A stretch of DNA of 64,000 nucleotides from Trichoplax sp. H2 (taxonomy: Eukaryota): assembly GCA_003344405.1 (NCBI GenBank), contig NOWV01000017.1, positions 620,001-684,000 of the forward strand. Reading direction: 5' to 3'. Position numbers and translations under genes: made by a program. Below are positions 29,305 to 41,365 of the stretch, piece by piece; position 1 is the stretch's first letter; each line of letters starts with the position of its first letter. The notes under the pieces are model-generated. The model was not told the DNA's origin. It worked only from the letters and a program-made list of their open reading frames with translations, and made no database searches.

Positions 29305-30900
29305 TTATGGATTTTCGGCATCTCTTGAATGAATTCTGAAGTGGATTTTAAGATGATAACTCTGAGAAAAGGATTTTCCACACGTTGAACACTTGTAGGG
29401 CCTTTCACGAGTATGGATTCTTTTATGACGCGTTAAACTGTAGGAGCGTGTGAAAACCTTAAGACATATATTACAGCGGTACGTTTTATTGCTTGTGCTA
29501 CTTGCCAATTGAAAATATGGGAAACTTTCTTGAGTATGACGAACTTGTACGGGTGCGTATACCGGAGCAGGAAAAATATTTGGCAATTGATAGCAGTATG
29601 TGACAGGTAGCATATTTACTGCAAACTGCTGCGTGGCAATGGTATCAGAGGGAGCTGATGATGCTATTTGAGATGGGACAGATGATGCAAGGTTACCTTC
29701 AGCACTAACCTGTGTGTAATTCACATTATGCGCAACATTCCTGGCTAATGGATTTGACCCTCCTACATTTGATGACAAGACTGTTTTATAATTACTTAAA
29801 TTGGTATCATTTGAAATTTTAATTGTTGTTCCTTGTGACGAATCTCGTGCACTTTCAACATCACTACCAATGGATGTGGTTGAACTTTCGAGTAATTCAT
29901 TACTAGCATTTAATAATGTTGCTTCAGTTTCATCTGTAGGCGAGCTTAAGATACGTTTTACAGAAAAGCTGATCTTAGTGTTAGTCTTAGTAGTATTCAT
30001 AGTTAATGTAGTATCCTTGTCTAAGTTCAAGCATAAAGTGTTACGATTGTTGATTCTGGATGATCGTTTCTGCTTTTCAAATGTACCTTCTGCTACCAAT
30101 TGATTACTCCCAGATCGAGACGTGGTTAAAATTGCTATAGAGTCAATGTCGCTGCTATCGCTAGAAGATTCTCTAAATGATCCTTGGCGATGTTGTCTCT
30201 TATCGAGTCCTGAAGTAGGTAGTGAAGAAGTAATAGCTGCATTTTTTGCAGTTGGCAGCTCCATGTCGTCTCTGCTACAGCCTGCTACTGGACTATCACC
30301 TCTTAACAACGCAGACACGTTGCGGCTGGTTGTAATCTCACTATCATTGCTATCTTGCTTGATAATATTGCTTACGCATTTGTCACGGTTATTGCGTATG
30401 AAAGATGGAGTTAGGTTATCGTCTGATTGTGGAGTTCCAGATTGATTTCCGTCCCTTTCCAAAGGTTTATCGTTATAATAGATGTATTCCTTATTAGTCG
30501 ACGATATACTGGTATGGCTTCGGAATTGGTGCAATTCTAATATAATTGCAGCATAAACAGCGATCATATTGGTACAATAAGAGGGCAATGATAAATCTTC
30601 GTCGGCGGAGTTGAAAATTTTGTGTAGAAATTCCGTCAACCAAAATGTCATCTGGGATATAATTTCATCTATAGCAAAATTAGTTTTGCCAGTATCAAAT
30701 ACTGTTGACTTTTTTGATGCCGGATGAACAGGCAAATCTCCAAGCATTTCCCAAATAATTTTAAGATGAGACTTAGATAATTGCCCATAGCTAGCTGTAT
30801 TATCTCTGATAACTTGAAGCAATTTGCAAAATAATTTACTGATTGTGTATTGATCTCCACCTATTTTAATCTGTCGCAGTATATTGACTATATTTTCCAT
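29305..30900 (-). CDS. C2H2 zinc-finger transcription factor, 2 fingers, eh1 motif, N-terminal helical domain (cluster gene 3)
   Basis: 531-aa ATG ORF. Two fingers at 29329-29481 (RSYSLTR, QSYHLKI). FSVKRIL at 29947-29967. Confidence 0.9.
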   Translation of the reverse strand: MENIVNILRQIKIGGDQYTISKLFCKLLQVIRDNTASYGQLSKSHLKIIWEMLGDLPVHPASKKSTVFDTGKTNFAIDEIISQMTFWLTEFLHKIFNSADEDLSLPSYCTNMIAVYAAIILELHQFRSHTSISSTNKEYIYYNDKPLERDGNQSGTPQSDDNLTPSFIRNNRDKCVSNIIKQDSNDSEITTSRNVSALLRGDSPVAGCSRDDMELPTAKNAAITSSLPTSGLDKRQHRQGSFRESSSDSSDIDSIAILTTSRSGSNQLVAEGTFEKQKRSSRINNRNTLCLNLDKDTTLTMNTTKTNTKISFSVKRILSSPTDETEATLLNASNELLESSTTSIGSDVESARDSSQGTTIKISNDTNLSNYKTVLSSNVGGSNPLARNVAHNVNYTQVSAEGNLASSVPSQIASSAPSDTIATQQFAVNMLPVTYCYQLPNIFPAPVYAPVQVRHTQESFPYFQLASSTSNKTYRCNICLKVFTRSYSLTRHKRIHTRERPYKCSTCGKSFSQSYHLKIHFRIHSRDAENP

Positions 30901-31138
30901 TTCGTTCAGTTGAAAAATCGAGACTTGTCAAATGTTCAAAATTCGTCACTGTTTGAACTGTAAATAAAAGTCAAGATTTTTAAATTACCTGATAAACTAC
31001 GTACTGTATTAGAGTTGCTGATCACTAGTAATTCATAATAATAATAATGATAATAATATGCGTCAAATTAACTTCGTATGTAATTCATATTATTAATTAC
31101 CAGCATGCGCACGTCTCCTAGTCAATTAATTTTGAATG

Positions 31139-31157
31139 TTAGGGGTTAGGGTTAGGG
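31139..31157 (+). repeat. Interstitial telomere-like TTAGGG tract
   Basis: TTAGGGGTTAGGGTTAGGG directly abutting a TACAG array. Confidence 0.65.
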
Positions 31158-31825
31158 TACACGTACAGTGCAGTACTGTACAGTACAGCAGTACAGTACA
31201 GTACTGTACAGTAGTGTACTGTACTTTCACAGCGTACAGTACTGTACACTGTACTGTACAGTACAGTATAGTCAAACAGTTTAGGGACCAAGAGAAAATT
31301 TTCTCTTAGTACTGTAGGTCCAGTACAGTACAGTAGGACTCCCGACTGGGTTTAAGCGACGTTCACAACGAAGTCGTGTGGCGTCCAGATGTCCTTTCGT
31401 CCACCGCCAGAACATTGAAGGCTACAGTATGTACTGTAAAGTACGTACTGTGTGTATCAAAGTATTTTGTCACTTTGAAAAGCATCAACCAGTGATCTTA
31501 ATGAGCAAATACTGATTAAGAGTTGTTACATTCCATAGCATTTATCATTCTATTATAGCTTTACTGTATTTTTAAAGAAAAATATTGCCCGAAAGTGACA
31601 AAATGTTATGGTACACAGTGTACTGCAAACTCTGGACAAAGCGGTCTTCATGATCTGGTCCGATCCGATCCGGACCCTGGTCTACGGGATGCAAAGATGG
31701 GCCTACAGTACTATATTTCTAGTACTGTAATCCTTGATCCTGTACTGTACTGTACGGCATACTGTACAGTTTACAGTATGAACTGACTAACTGTGAGTCA
31801 AGTACTGCTCTACAGTACAGTACTA
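31158..31825. repeat. TACAG/CTGTA arrays upstream of gene 3
   Basis: Dense array at 31158-31270; further blocks at about 31310-31335, 31420-31450 and 31700-31825. Confidence 0.85.
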
Positions 31826-34800
31826 TACCCGTACTTTACATAGTAAGAAACCAGGAATAAACAACAAAGTTGCCGTACTTTAATACCATATTTTGGACTA
31901 TAAAATCTTCATTATCATCATATTTAGATTTATAATCAATTAATCATGATCTGGTATTACCGTATTATGATTCATGAATTATTAAATCGCGATGAATCTA
32001 TACCGTAAACATAACATGCATCTTTGTAAATAGCGTATCTACTCGTATATCAATACATGCATGAAATTGTTTTAAACATGGAGAACTACAGTAGACGATC
32101 AAAGACTGATTTTTTTTCTTTAGCTATTTCTGTTTAGATTAACTACACAGTGGAAATAATCATCTCTAGACTAGGACACTTACTGTAAGTGTATTTAAAA
32201 TTATACCTTGGCCCTCGGAATACTATACGTATAGTATTCCATTGTCACTTCCACACATTAAATTGACCAAGTACCAGTGAGTAAGGTCTATTTTACAACT
32301 GTTATTGGTAGTACTGGCGCCATTTATACTACTATACAGTACTATGAGCTTAATTATAGTGTTGAGATAAATGAGTATCAGTATTAAGTTATTACCGTGC
32401 TCACTCTATAGGAGTACTTGAACGATACTATGCTATCATTAGACAGAGTAAAATTGAAATCAATTGAAATCTATATATCTTATTAGAGGTAAAACGAGAA
32501 ATGTCCCAGTGATGCAAACCCTTCCGTTCTATCAATAAAATGATTGTATATATACTGTATACTGTACAATAGTATTGTTTAGTTTATACGTATATCCATA
32601 TCACTGCATGAAGTAGCTGTTAAAATGACTTGGTTATACCAATAGAATAGAAAGAAGTTCTAATTTGAACTATCAGTCTAATAGCACTATCATCGAATAA
32701 TCTCGGACACTTAAATCTTTTTGATCATGCGTAATGCATAGAAAGGAAATGAAAACAGTGGCCGACGACAAGGGGACATTGTCTAACTAGTAATCAAAGC
32801 ACAATATAATAATATACAGTCTACATATGTGCTTTCATTGCATATATTATATCTAAGCCTAGAAATTGATAAGTCTATATACATATATTGTAAATTACTA
32901 AACTATTGACTATTATAATACAACATAATATAGCTACGGATCACTTTCTTACCTAAATTTATGTTTGAGAAATAATTTTTTCAGTCTTTGGTAGGCCCTA
33001 GTCTTGACTGCACGCTTAAGAGAAAGGTTGGAATTTATTAAATGCCCGGATTATCCTACCATTTTATACGTTTAGATTTTGGTTATTGGTAACAACTAAG
33101 TAAATAAAAATAATAGGATAGAATCATAGCAACCAACTTCAACACTCTTACCACACGTCATCATTTCACATAATTGTAGGTATGTTGTGTATTTATGTCT
33201 GTAGCAATTCGTTATTCAGAAGCGAGTCATTCATTGGCATGTAAATCAAATTATTAACATTATCCTATGGATTGAATAATAGATTAAAATACTTTTTGCT
33301 TGTTGTCATAAGAATTGTAATATCATACATAGTAAAAAGTACACAGTCAAAATTTGGCAGTTAATTATGCTTTTAACAATACAAATGAATTAAAATAAGA
33401 GTTGTACAATAAACGCTAACGTTGCATCGCAACCCATGGACTGTATATACTAAAATTGTTTACAACTACTCACATTTACCGTAATTTTAAGTTTTTGTTG
33501 TAAACAAATTTACGAGCACTTCAAATTATTCCTGAAATACATGGATAATGATTTACAGTAATAATTCACAATGTAAATATAGCGTGTCATTCAAAAAGTA
33601 GATTTTATCATGTATGCTCCAATAACTGCTATTTAGTAGTATATAAACTGTGTTACCTCTTATAGGGATAGAAATCCTTATCATTAACAAATTGTACCTA
33701 TTACAAGAGATATAATAAGCGATTCCATTTCATCACTATACCAGTTGTAGTAATATGCATCTGTTGGGTCATTATGGTTTTAACTATGGCTTTGACTTCA
33801 GCTAGAATATGTTAATGAAATCGAATCAATCGTTTGTATACTGTACATAGTATATGAAAATTGAAATGTAAAATAGTGTATATACACCGGAATATTGATT
33901 GACCTACAGTATATGCATGCTGATCTTTTTGTACAGGGTCTGTATGTTGACCACTTTAATTCATCATTAACATTTATCAACTGTAATGTAATCATTCTGC
34001 AGTTTTTACCTATTAGTAATCGGAAATAGACTCATTCAATATCTATTTATACTACAATGCAATTGTAAAGCGCTGTACGATAATTTATATCCGTGTACAA
34101 ATTATCTATTTGACCTAGTCTACAATATTTGTCACTCAAGCGACATGTACTCTTACGATTCTGTTCTTTAGCTTAAGACAATTTTGTAGTATTTTAATTT
34201 CCTGATAAGTTTCTAATATTATCTACTTTAAAATTAGAATCTGACAAACTAAATATAGCCCTTAGTGTAATAGTTCTTACTGGGAAGATTGCTGTCTGTA
34301 TACAGATATAATAAGGCATTATTTAAAAATATTTTTATTCTTATACGTATATTAAAATAGTCATATTGTATCAAAATTTCATAGTAAAATATACGTATTC
34401 GAATGCGTATATAAATAAGTATATTGCATAAGATACTAGGATATGACTTTTGCATATTCATGATCCTGGCGAGTGCCATACGCTTTGACCAAATGCCCAA
34501 CTCTCTACGACGTCATAGAGAAGGTTTCCATGATAACCGCTTTCATAATAATGATTTACGATAATCGTATAAAATGTATGTGCCTAAGGTATTATTAAGT
34601 AAAAACACAAGGCAGAGATTAACATGTGGTGGTAAATTCAGCCCATAACAATTATTAATAGTTAATTTCCATATGACGTCAATGAAGAAGAATATATTTA
34701 AGAGGATTCTTGCTAGTACGGTATACGCCTATTAGGTGCGGGTAATATCTTATACAGAAGTAATACAACCTTGATTATGTTCTGTAGCCACAATAGTTAA

Positions 34801-35318
34801 TAAAAACATAATTATATGGTGCATGCCATTATTATTAATTTCTTCGATTACTTCAGCACTTTATTTTCGTTATATACCAGAATGAATCTATAGTAATCTG
34901 AATAGAGTCTTAGGTAAAGGGACTCAGTTAATACAGTATATTACTCATGTTGTTGAGTTGTCGAATAATGAAAAGAATATGTTGTTGTAGTCAAATAAAC
35001 AACAATATTATATTTACCAAGTACAATGTCATTACTGACGTTGTATTTCTGTAATTATTGTATTCCGGAAAAAAGATCAAAGTAAAAAGATAATACGGTC
35101 GGCGCTATGCATGCATCATATATGTTCTTTAAAAAATTCTAGGAACCGTGAGCTGGTTTATTACTGTAATATCTAAGTTAAATAGAAACATAAGGAAAAT
35201 ATTTAAATGTTTACAGTTGGTAGGTTGAACAAAAATGCCTCGATAATTAATTAATGAATTTCATAGACTTAGAGTAATTGACCTTATAATCATCTCATCA
35301 TAATGATATTAGTTAAAT

Positions 35319-35611
35319 ATTGTTCAGAACATCCAATCCTCGCTTACAGTCTTTATAGCTAAATATTATGAAGAATTTTGTATGGGGTCCCATTTCCTTT
35401 AATAATCTAAAGTAATCACTATTTTCTGAACATCTAATTCTTATCAATAGACTTTGTAGCTAAATGATATAAAAAAAACTCCGTATACGATTCCACGTTT
35501 TGCAATAATCTAAAGTAAGCACTATTTTCAGAACATCAAATGCTTACCAATAGTCTTTGCAACTAAGTATTATGTAAAATTTCGTATATAGTTCTATTTC
35601 CTGCAATAATT
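35319..35611. repeat. Diverged tandem triplication, unit about 102-103 bp
   Basis: Units start at 35319, 35421 and 35524 with ATT[GT]TC[AT]GAACATC. AATAATCTAAAGTAA recurs at matching spacing. Confidence 0.8.
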
Positions 35612-37270
35612 TAGCAAACGGCGGGTAGTTTGTAATCGTATACCTATGATATTTTATACGAGCATTTACTTTTGGGCTTCACGTACTACGACTAGGCTTT
35701 GAATTGTCAAATTTTGAGTTTAACCTTATTTTAATGAAATCCTTCAAATGAAGCATGAAGATCGTTGCTAAATTTAACAGTAAGATAAGCCTTAAATCTT
35801 AGAAGTTTCTGTCATCAAATTTTTTACGGCCAAAAAATTAACGTAAGGCTTTTTCGAGGCTAAACATTATTTGAAAATCTTTTAGCATCGATTACAGCAC
35901 CACCATTTCGCTTCTAGACCATCGCATCGATAAATATAGATAAGTGGTTTACGGGTGAAAAATTGAAGATTTAAAAATATCGGGAGCTACACATTGTCAT
36001 CCAATTACTATCTGCATCGTTTATATAGTTTGATTCTGCCACGTAAATTTGAATACTGTACTATTAAAACAATTTAAGCATAATATATATATATGAGTAC
36101 AAATATGCAATAAAGTGTTTCCCTTACGAAACTATGTTACAAACTCGTTAAGCCTATGCATTCCATTGATACAATATCATCTATAATATATCATGAGCGT
36201 AAAATATAGGGAGATAATATATTCGTATGCTATTTCGAATTTGATGTAGTTAAAAACTATTGCTTAAGGATCTATTCTCCTATCTTGCGGTGTTAAAGAT
36301 TTATCGAAGATCAGTAGCAGGTCATAGTTTACCCGTATTACCGTAAATAACTATCAAGCCGTCGCACTTTTAAGCCTCAAACATCTATACTTGTAAAGGA
36401 ATACTATATGAATGGGTCTTTGTTACAGGCACAATAACAATTTTTATTGTTGATTGATAAATTATATGCTTGTTCACAAATACGTTGCGAACTCACTGTA
36501 CATATTAAATTTCAGTATTCAAGACTGAATTTAGATTGGTACACGTTTTATTTTCAGCAAAATTTAACATGTTCTCAATATGTCATACTCCGCTATCTAA
36601 GTTAAAAATTTAAAGAAAGTTATACTACCTCGAACGAGTGATATCATTTATCAATTACTTAATCAGATTTAAACAAAGCCTTATTGAAATATATTTATGC
36701 CGCCATTGATGTTACATAAAAGTCCATTTTGAATAAATAATAGCATCATTCATCTAAATATTATAAAACTTATAAAGGATTATGTGGTAATACTGTATAC
36801 CATTGCGTATCAGACATCATTATATTACAACTAAAATTAATGTAATCGCCAAAGAATTATATAATTTGATACAATCCTTTACTCTCCCTTAGACGATTTT
36901 GTATTAAGCGCTGTACTGATTAAACTGTTCATGAAAGTCTATCTAAGGCTCAATATTTCCTGCATTGGATGCGTTAATGAGTGTTTTTATCGTAAATGAT
37001 TTCTGTAAATCGGGAATCTTGTAAGTATCCTACAATCGTAAAACAAATATATTATCAAGCGTCCTATGAATAATTTTAACTTGATGACCTTACTCATTAA
37101 TACATCATCAGCCCAGAAATTAATATCATTATAATTATTAATATATCTAGAATTTACGGTGTATATCGTTATACTGTTTTCTTAGCTGTGTTACAGGATA
37201 GAAGTCGAACATTTTTACTGCATCATTAGCTAAGTAATTAGTGTTAGTATAGTAGGGATCTATATCGTAA

Positions 37271-37730
37271 TGTCACCATCCAACTACGAAATCCAGTGAA
37301 TTCGCGAAATGCCTAGTCAGTTTGCAAAATGCTATGCATCTTGTATTATTAACCGATACAAATGCTTTAAGGCTAACGTTAAGTCAAAAACTAAATGTTA
37401 TAATCAGAGAACTTGTAAAAATGAATAATAATTTTCATAATCAGAACATTATCAATTCATTAATAACTATATAATTGATAATAGTATCTCTAAATATTTG
37501 GCAATTACTTCAGTAATTGCAAGTTACATACTTGTATGTATTGATTATCTAAATCAGTTTATTATTATTATAATCATCAAAAAAATATAGATTCTCTGTT
37601 TTTTTAGTAATATTACGCATGAATAAAGATAGTTTCTCTGATTCATGTGTTTTGATATTTTTACAATTTGCGAACTGACTGGGCATTTTGCAAATATACT
37701 GAACTTCGTACTTAAACGGGTACAGTGACA
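37271..37730. mobile_element. Decayed MITE-like element with diverged terminal inverted repeats
   Basis: 37271-37331 (TGTCAC...GCCTAGTCAGTTTGCAAAATG) matches the reverse complement of about 37664-37730; 40 of 50 nt identical in the core by manual count. No TSD seen. Confidence 0.5.
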
Positions 37731-40700
37731 CTATTATCTGTTGAATATCGGCAAAATTTTATCCACTTATTAATATTAGTATCTTTAAAATTTTGTAATT
37801 ATTCGGTAATGTTATACCATATAGCGAAAATCTTTGTTGAAAAACACTATATCTTACATGGACCATGCTTTCACTTCAGATTCTATTTAAGCCTGAATAT
37901 ATGCTATAGCCCAAAATTTCATCTACTAGATATTTATTTTCTGATTGGCACTTGGGTTTTATCCGTATCTTTAAAGCATTTTAAACATTTAATATTTTCA
38001 GATGTACGCATATATAATTGAGTGTTGTTACTGATCTTATATTCTCTGCAATAACAAAGATCATTATAACTACTATCATATTTCGGTACATGTTTACGTA
38101 TCTATTTCTGTCAGGCGAAATTAATTGATAAGTTCTATTATCAATATCAGGGTGGATTTATACAGTGATATAAAAGTACATATTCTGTCACTAACATCAT
38201 AAGATACCATTATTACATATATATTATCAATATTAATGATATATAACTGTACATATACTTATTTATTTCTAGTTGATACTGAAATGTGGTTGCGATGCTT
38301 CTTGCCTTCTCTAACGTTGCGTTATGGCTATTTAAAATATCTTCATAAATCTATAGTAATACAAGCAATATTCAACTGATATTCCTTATCTCGTAAATAG
38401 CAAGATAGTAATTGATTCTAGGATTGGAACGTACGTAACAATAAGTAGTACTATTTTAACTGGCTTTGTAATACCCCATATAAAACTCTTGATAATAGCA
38501 ATACTCATATATATCTTTTAGCAGATATTTTCATTTTGGTTATATTACTAGAAATATGTACGATACGTTGTATTTCCATAATTTACTATTCTATTAAAGC
38601 TTGGCATTAGCCAATTCAAGCTAGAGATATTGACAGTTCCGTCATCTTGTACATAATGCGATATATTTCTAAACAGCAGTAACGAAAGTTTGTAGCATTG
38701 TATTATTTCTTCAATTACAATAAGTTATGGTGATAAAAGCGTTTAAAAATATTTTAACAAGAATTGTACTTACAGTACTTGTAAACTTACGTTATTACAT
38801 ACTAGTAAATTGATTCGTCTATTAGAGTATCAATTATTATCTACTTTTAATCTAAAATTGTCTAACTACTTATTGCATCAGAATTTGCGATTTACATGCA
38901 GTGCTTACAGATCTATTTTTAGCAATATCATCACATTTTAACAATTAAGCCACAATATCAGAACTAAATTTTACTATTGTACGATCTATAAATAACTAGT
39001 GCTTTCAATTAAAGTATCATAGTAAATTTAGAATCTAATCCGTAATTTTATCACAATACTAAATTACTTAGGTGTCTATTAATGTTTCAAAGCCTAGTTT
39101 ATGTATCGTTGTGAGGGGGCTACTATTATAAGTATTATGGTTATCATTTACAAATGTAAACTTGCGTAATTTTAGAATCTGACGTACAATTTGAAGTCCT
39201 ATATTATCGCACAACCTCATAACGTTAGTCTTAAGCTAATTTTGAAGACTACACTACAGTTATTCATTACCTAATTTAGTATATCATTCTTTATAATAAA
39301 TACATTATAAATCAAATTTCTTTGTAATAGCTAATAACTCGTCACAATCCTTGCGCTATATCTTTTACACTATCTTCTTCTACAGCAGATGTATTCTAGA
39401 TATCTTTTGCCATAGGAATGTGTGCATACGCATATTTCAAATGTAATTTAACATTTTACGGTAAGTGAACGTGGTAGGGGTGGGGTGTCTTATAAAAATC
39501 TTAGTTCTTATCTGTTTTATATACTGTAATACTCGTATAAGAATTTAAATTAGAATCCTTGATTCGATTTTACTGTATTTGTTTGAGCTGAAAACTATTA
39601 ATAGTAATTCAGATTTGAGAACATGTTGAAAATGACAACAAATAATATATAGAATTAGTAACATCAGAGAATTCAGTGTAATAGTTCAATACAAGTATCT
39701 ATTTTGGAAATCTTAGGGTGAATTATTTAAAACTGTGATCATATGGTATTCGCTATTTATGTAGTTGTAATAGTAACATGATCACAATACTAGTCATTCC
39801 ACTTGTAAGCCATGTAAGAGGTAAGAGAAACCACTCTTCACGTTTACTCGTATGCGAACATCTTAACTTGTTTCTACGATTATAGGTAAGGTTAAATCGA
39901 TTAAATAAATGATGGTGTTAAAACCTATTTCATTAAAGTATTCAATTTTCAAAGGGTTAAGGGGAATAATTAAGGGCACAAAGATGAGTAAGGTACAATT
40001 TGATAAGCTATTTGATCTCGACGCCGGAATACCATTTGATATCTACTTTTAAGGATGATTTCCTCGTTTTCTGATAACTTATGAAATAAAGATGACAATT
40101 TTGTATACAAAGTACACAAGTTTTTTTATAATACGATACTGTAGTGAAATAAGCTTTGAGTTATCAACTCTTATCCCTAGCCATTTCAAGCCCTTGTTAT
40201 TACTAGAAGCTGTTATGAAAGTTAAGGCAGTACTAAATTTTTTATGGTAGTAACAAACTGTCTGCTTCTGAACTTGTAAATCTATAGTAGTTACATCCAG
40301 ATAGAGAATTATATTGTGAGACTGTGGTGCCATGGATTATCCATAGGTTTCGTAATCTATAATAATGCACCACATCAGTTATACAAGCTTATATTCTACG
40401 GTACTTGAATGGCATTATATTATCAAATTATAAGAACCATATGTTCTAGATGCTTCTATAAATTCCAGCTATAGCATAAAAGCTACAACAATAAATATTA
40501 GAGAACGCTCTTTGTAAATCTATTATAAACCACATTCAATACTAAGAATCTATTATTTTCAACTTTTAATGTAGCTAATAGTAATTCAAGTGCAGTACTA
40601 TCGATACTCATTTCGTGTTTAATATTTATTACATTCGATAAAACTAAAATTTTGTATTGATTACGTTGAAAATTTATGGCCATAAATACCTTGAAACTTA

Positions 40701-41365
40701 GTTATTGATCATACGTACATGCGTATTTAATTGAATCACCTGCCAGGTAATTTTAGTATCGCTTATCACGAATTAGAGCTACTTTATTAATGCTTTAAGA
40801 AAGATAGTTTAAAAATTTAGGTAACCCTAACTACAACATCTACAGTATATCAAATATTTAGATATACGCGTATAAGAAACAAGTCACAAAGTAACATTTA
40901 CCGCATGGTAGTAAGTGTAGAAACACTCTTTAGCAGTAATACTTTAATCAAGTTGTTACTACTTGAGATGAAGTCTGCAATACCATTGCTTCATAACTTG
41001 AAGCACTAGCTACAATATCTAGAAAACTTCAAGACAATATTATTAAAGCGAGAGTATCACCATAATTTATCACCGGACGCCCGATAAACTTATTACTCAC
41101 TCGAAATTTACTCCCTGTATTACATAGCCTTGGCTATTAGGTAATACTTTATGGGAAACATAACTCACGCAGAGCGCGATGACTTTAAAATCTAAAATTC
41201 GTAAATAAACGTTACGTAATAGTCAACAAGTACTATAGTTGCAGTTAACTACTGCAAGGAAATACCCAGAATTTGTCTCATTGAAATATTGCAATCCCTA
41301 TGATTACATAAGAATCCGTCAGAGATTATCAAATTTCAGTAAAATATTAGACTGGCAATGTAGTA

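Noticed and set aside
37085-37115. Hammerhead ribozyme cores at CTGATGA occurrences
   Set aside because: At the sites I examined there was no properly placed stem II and GAAA.
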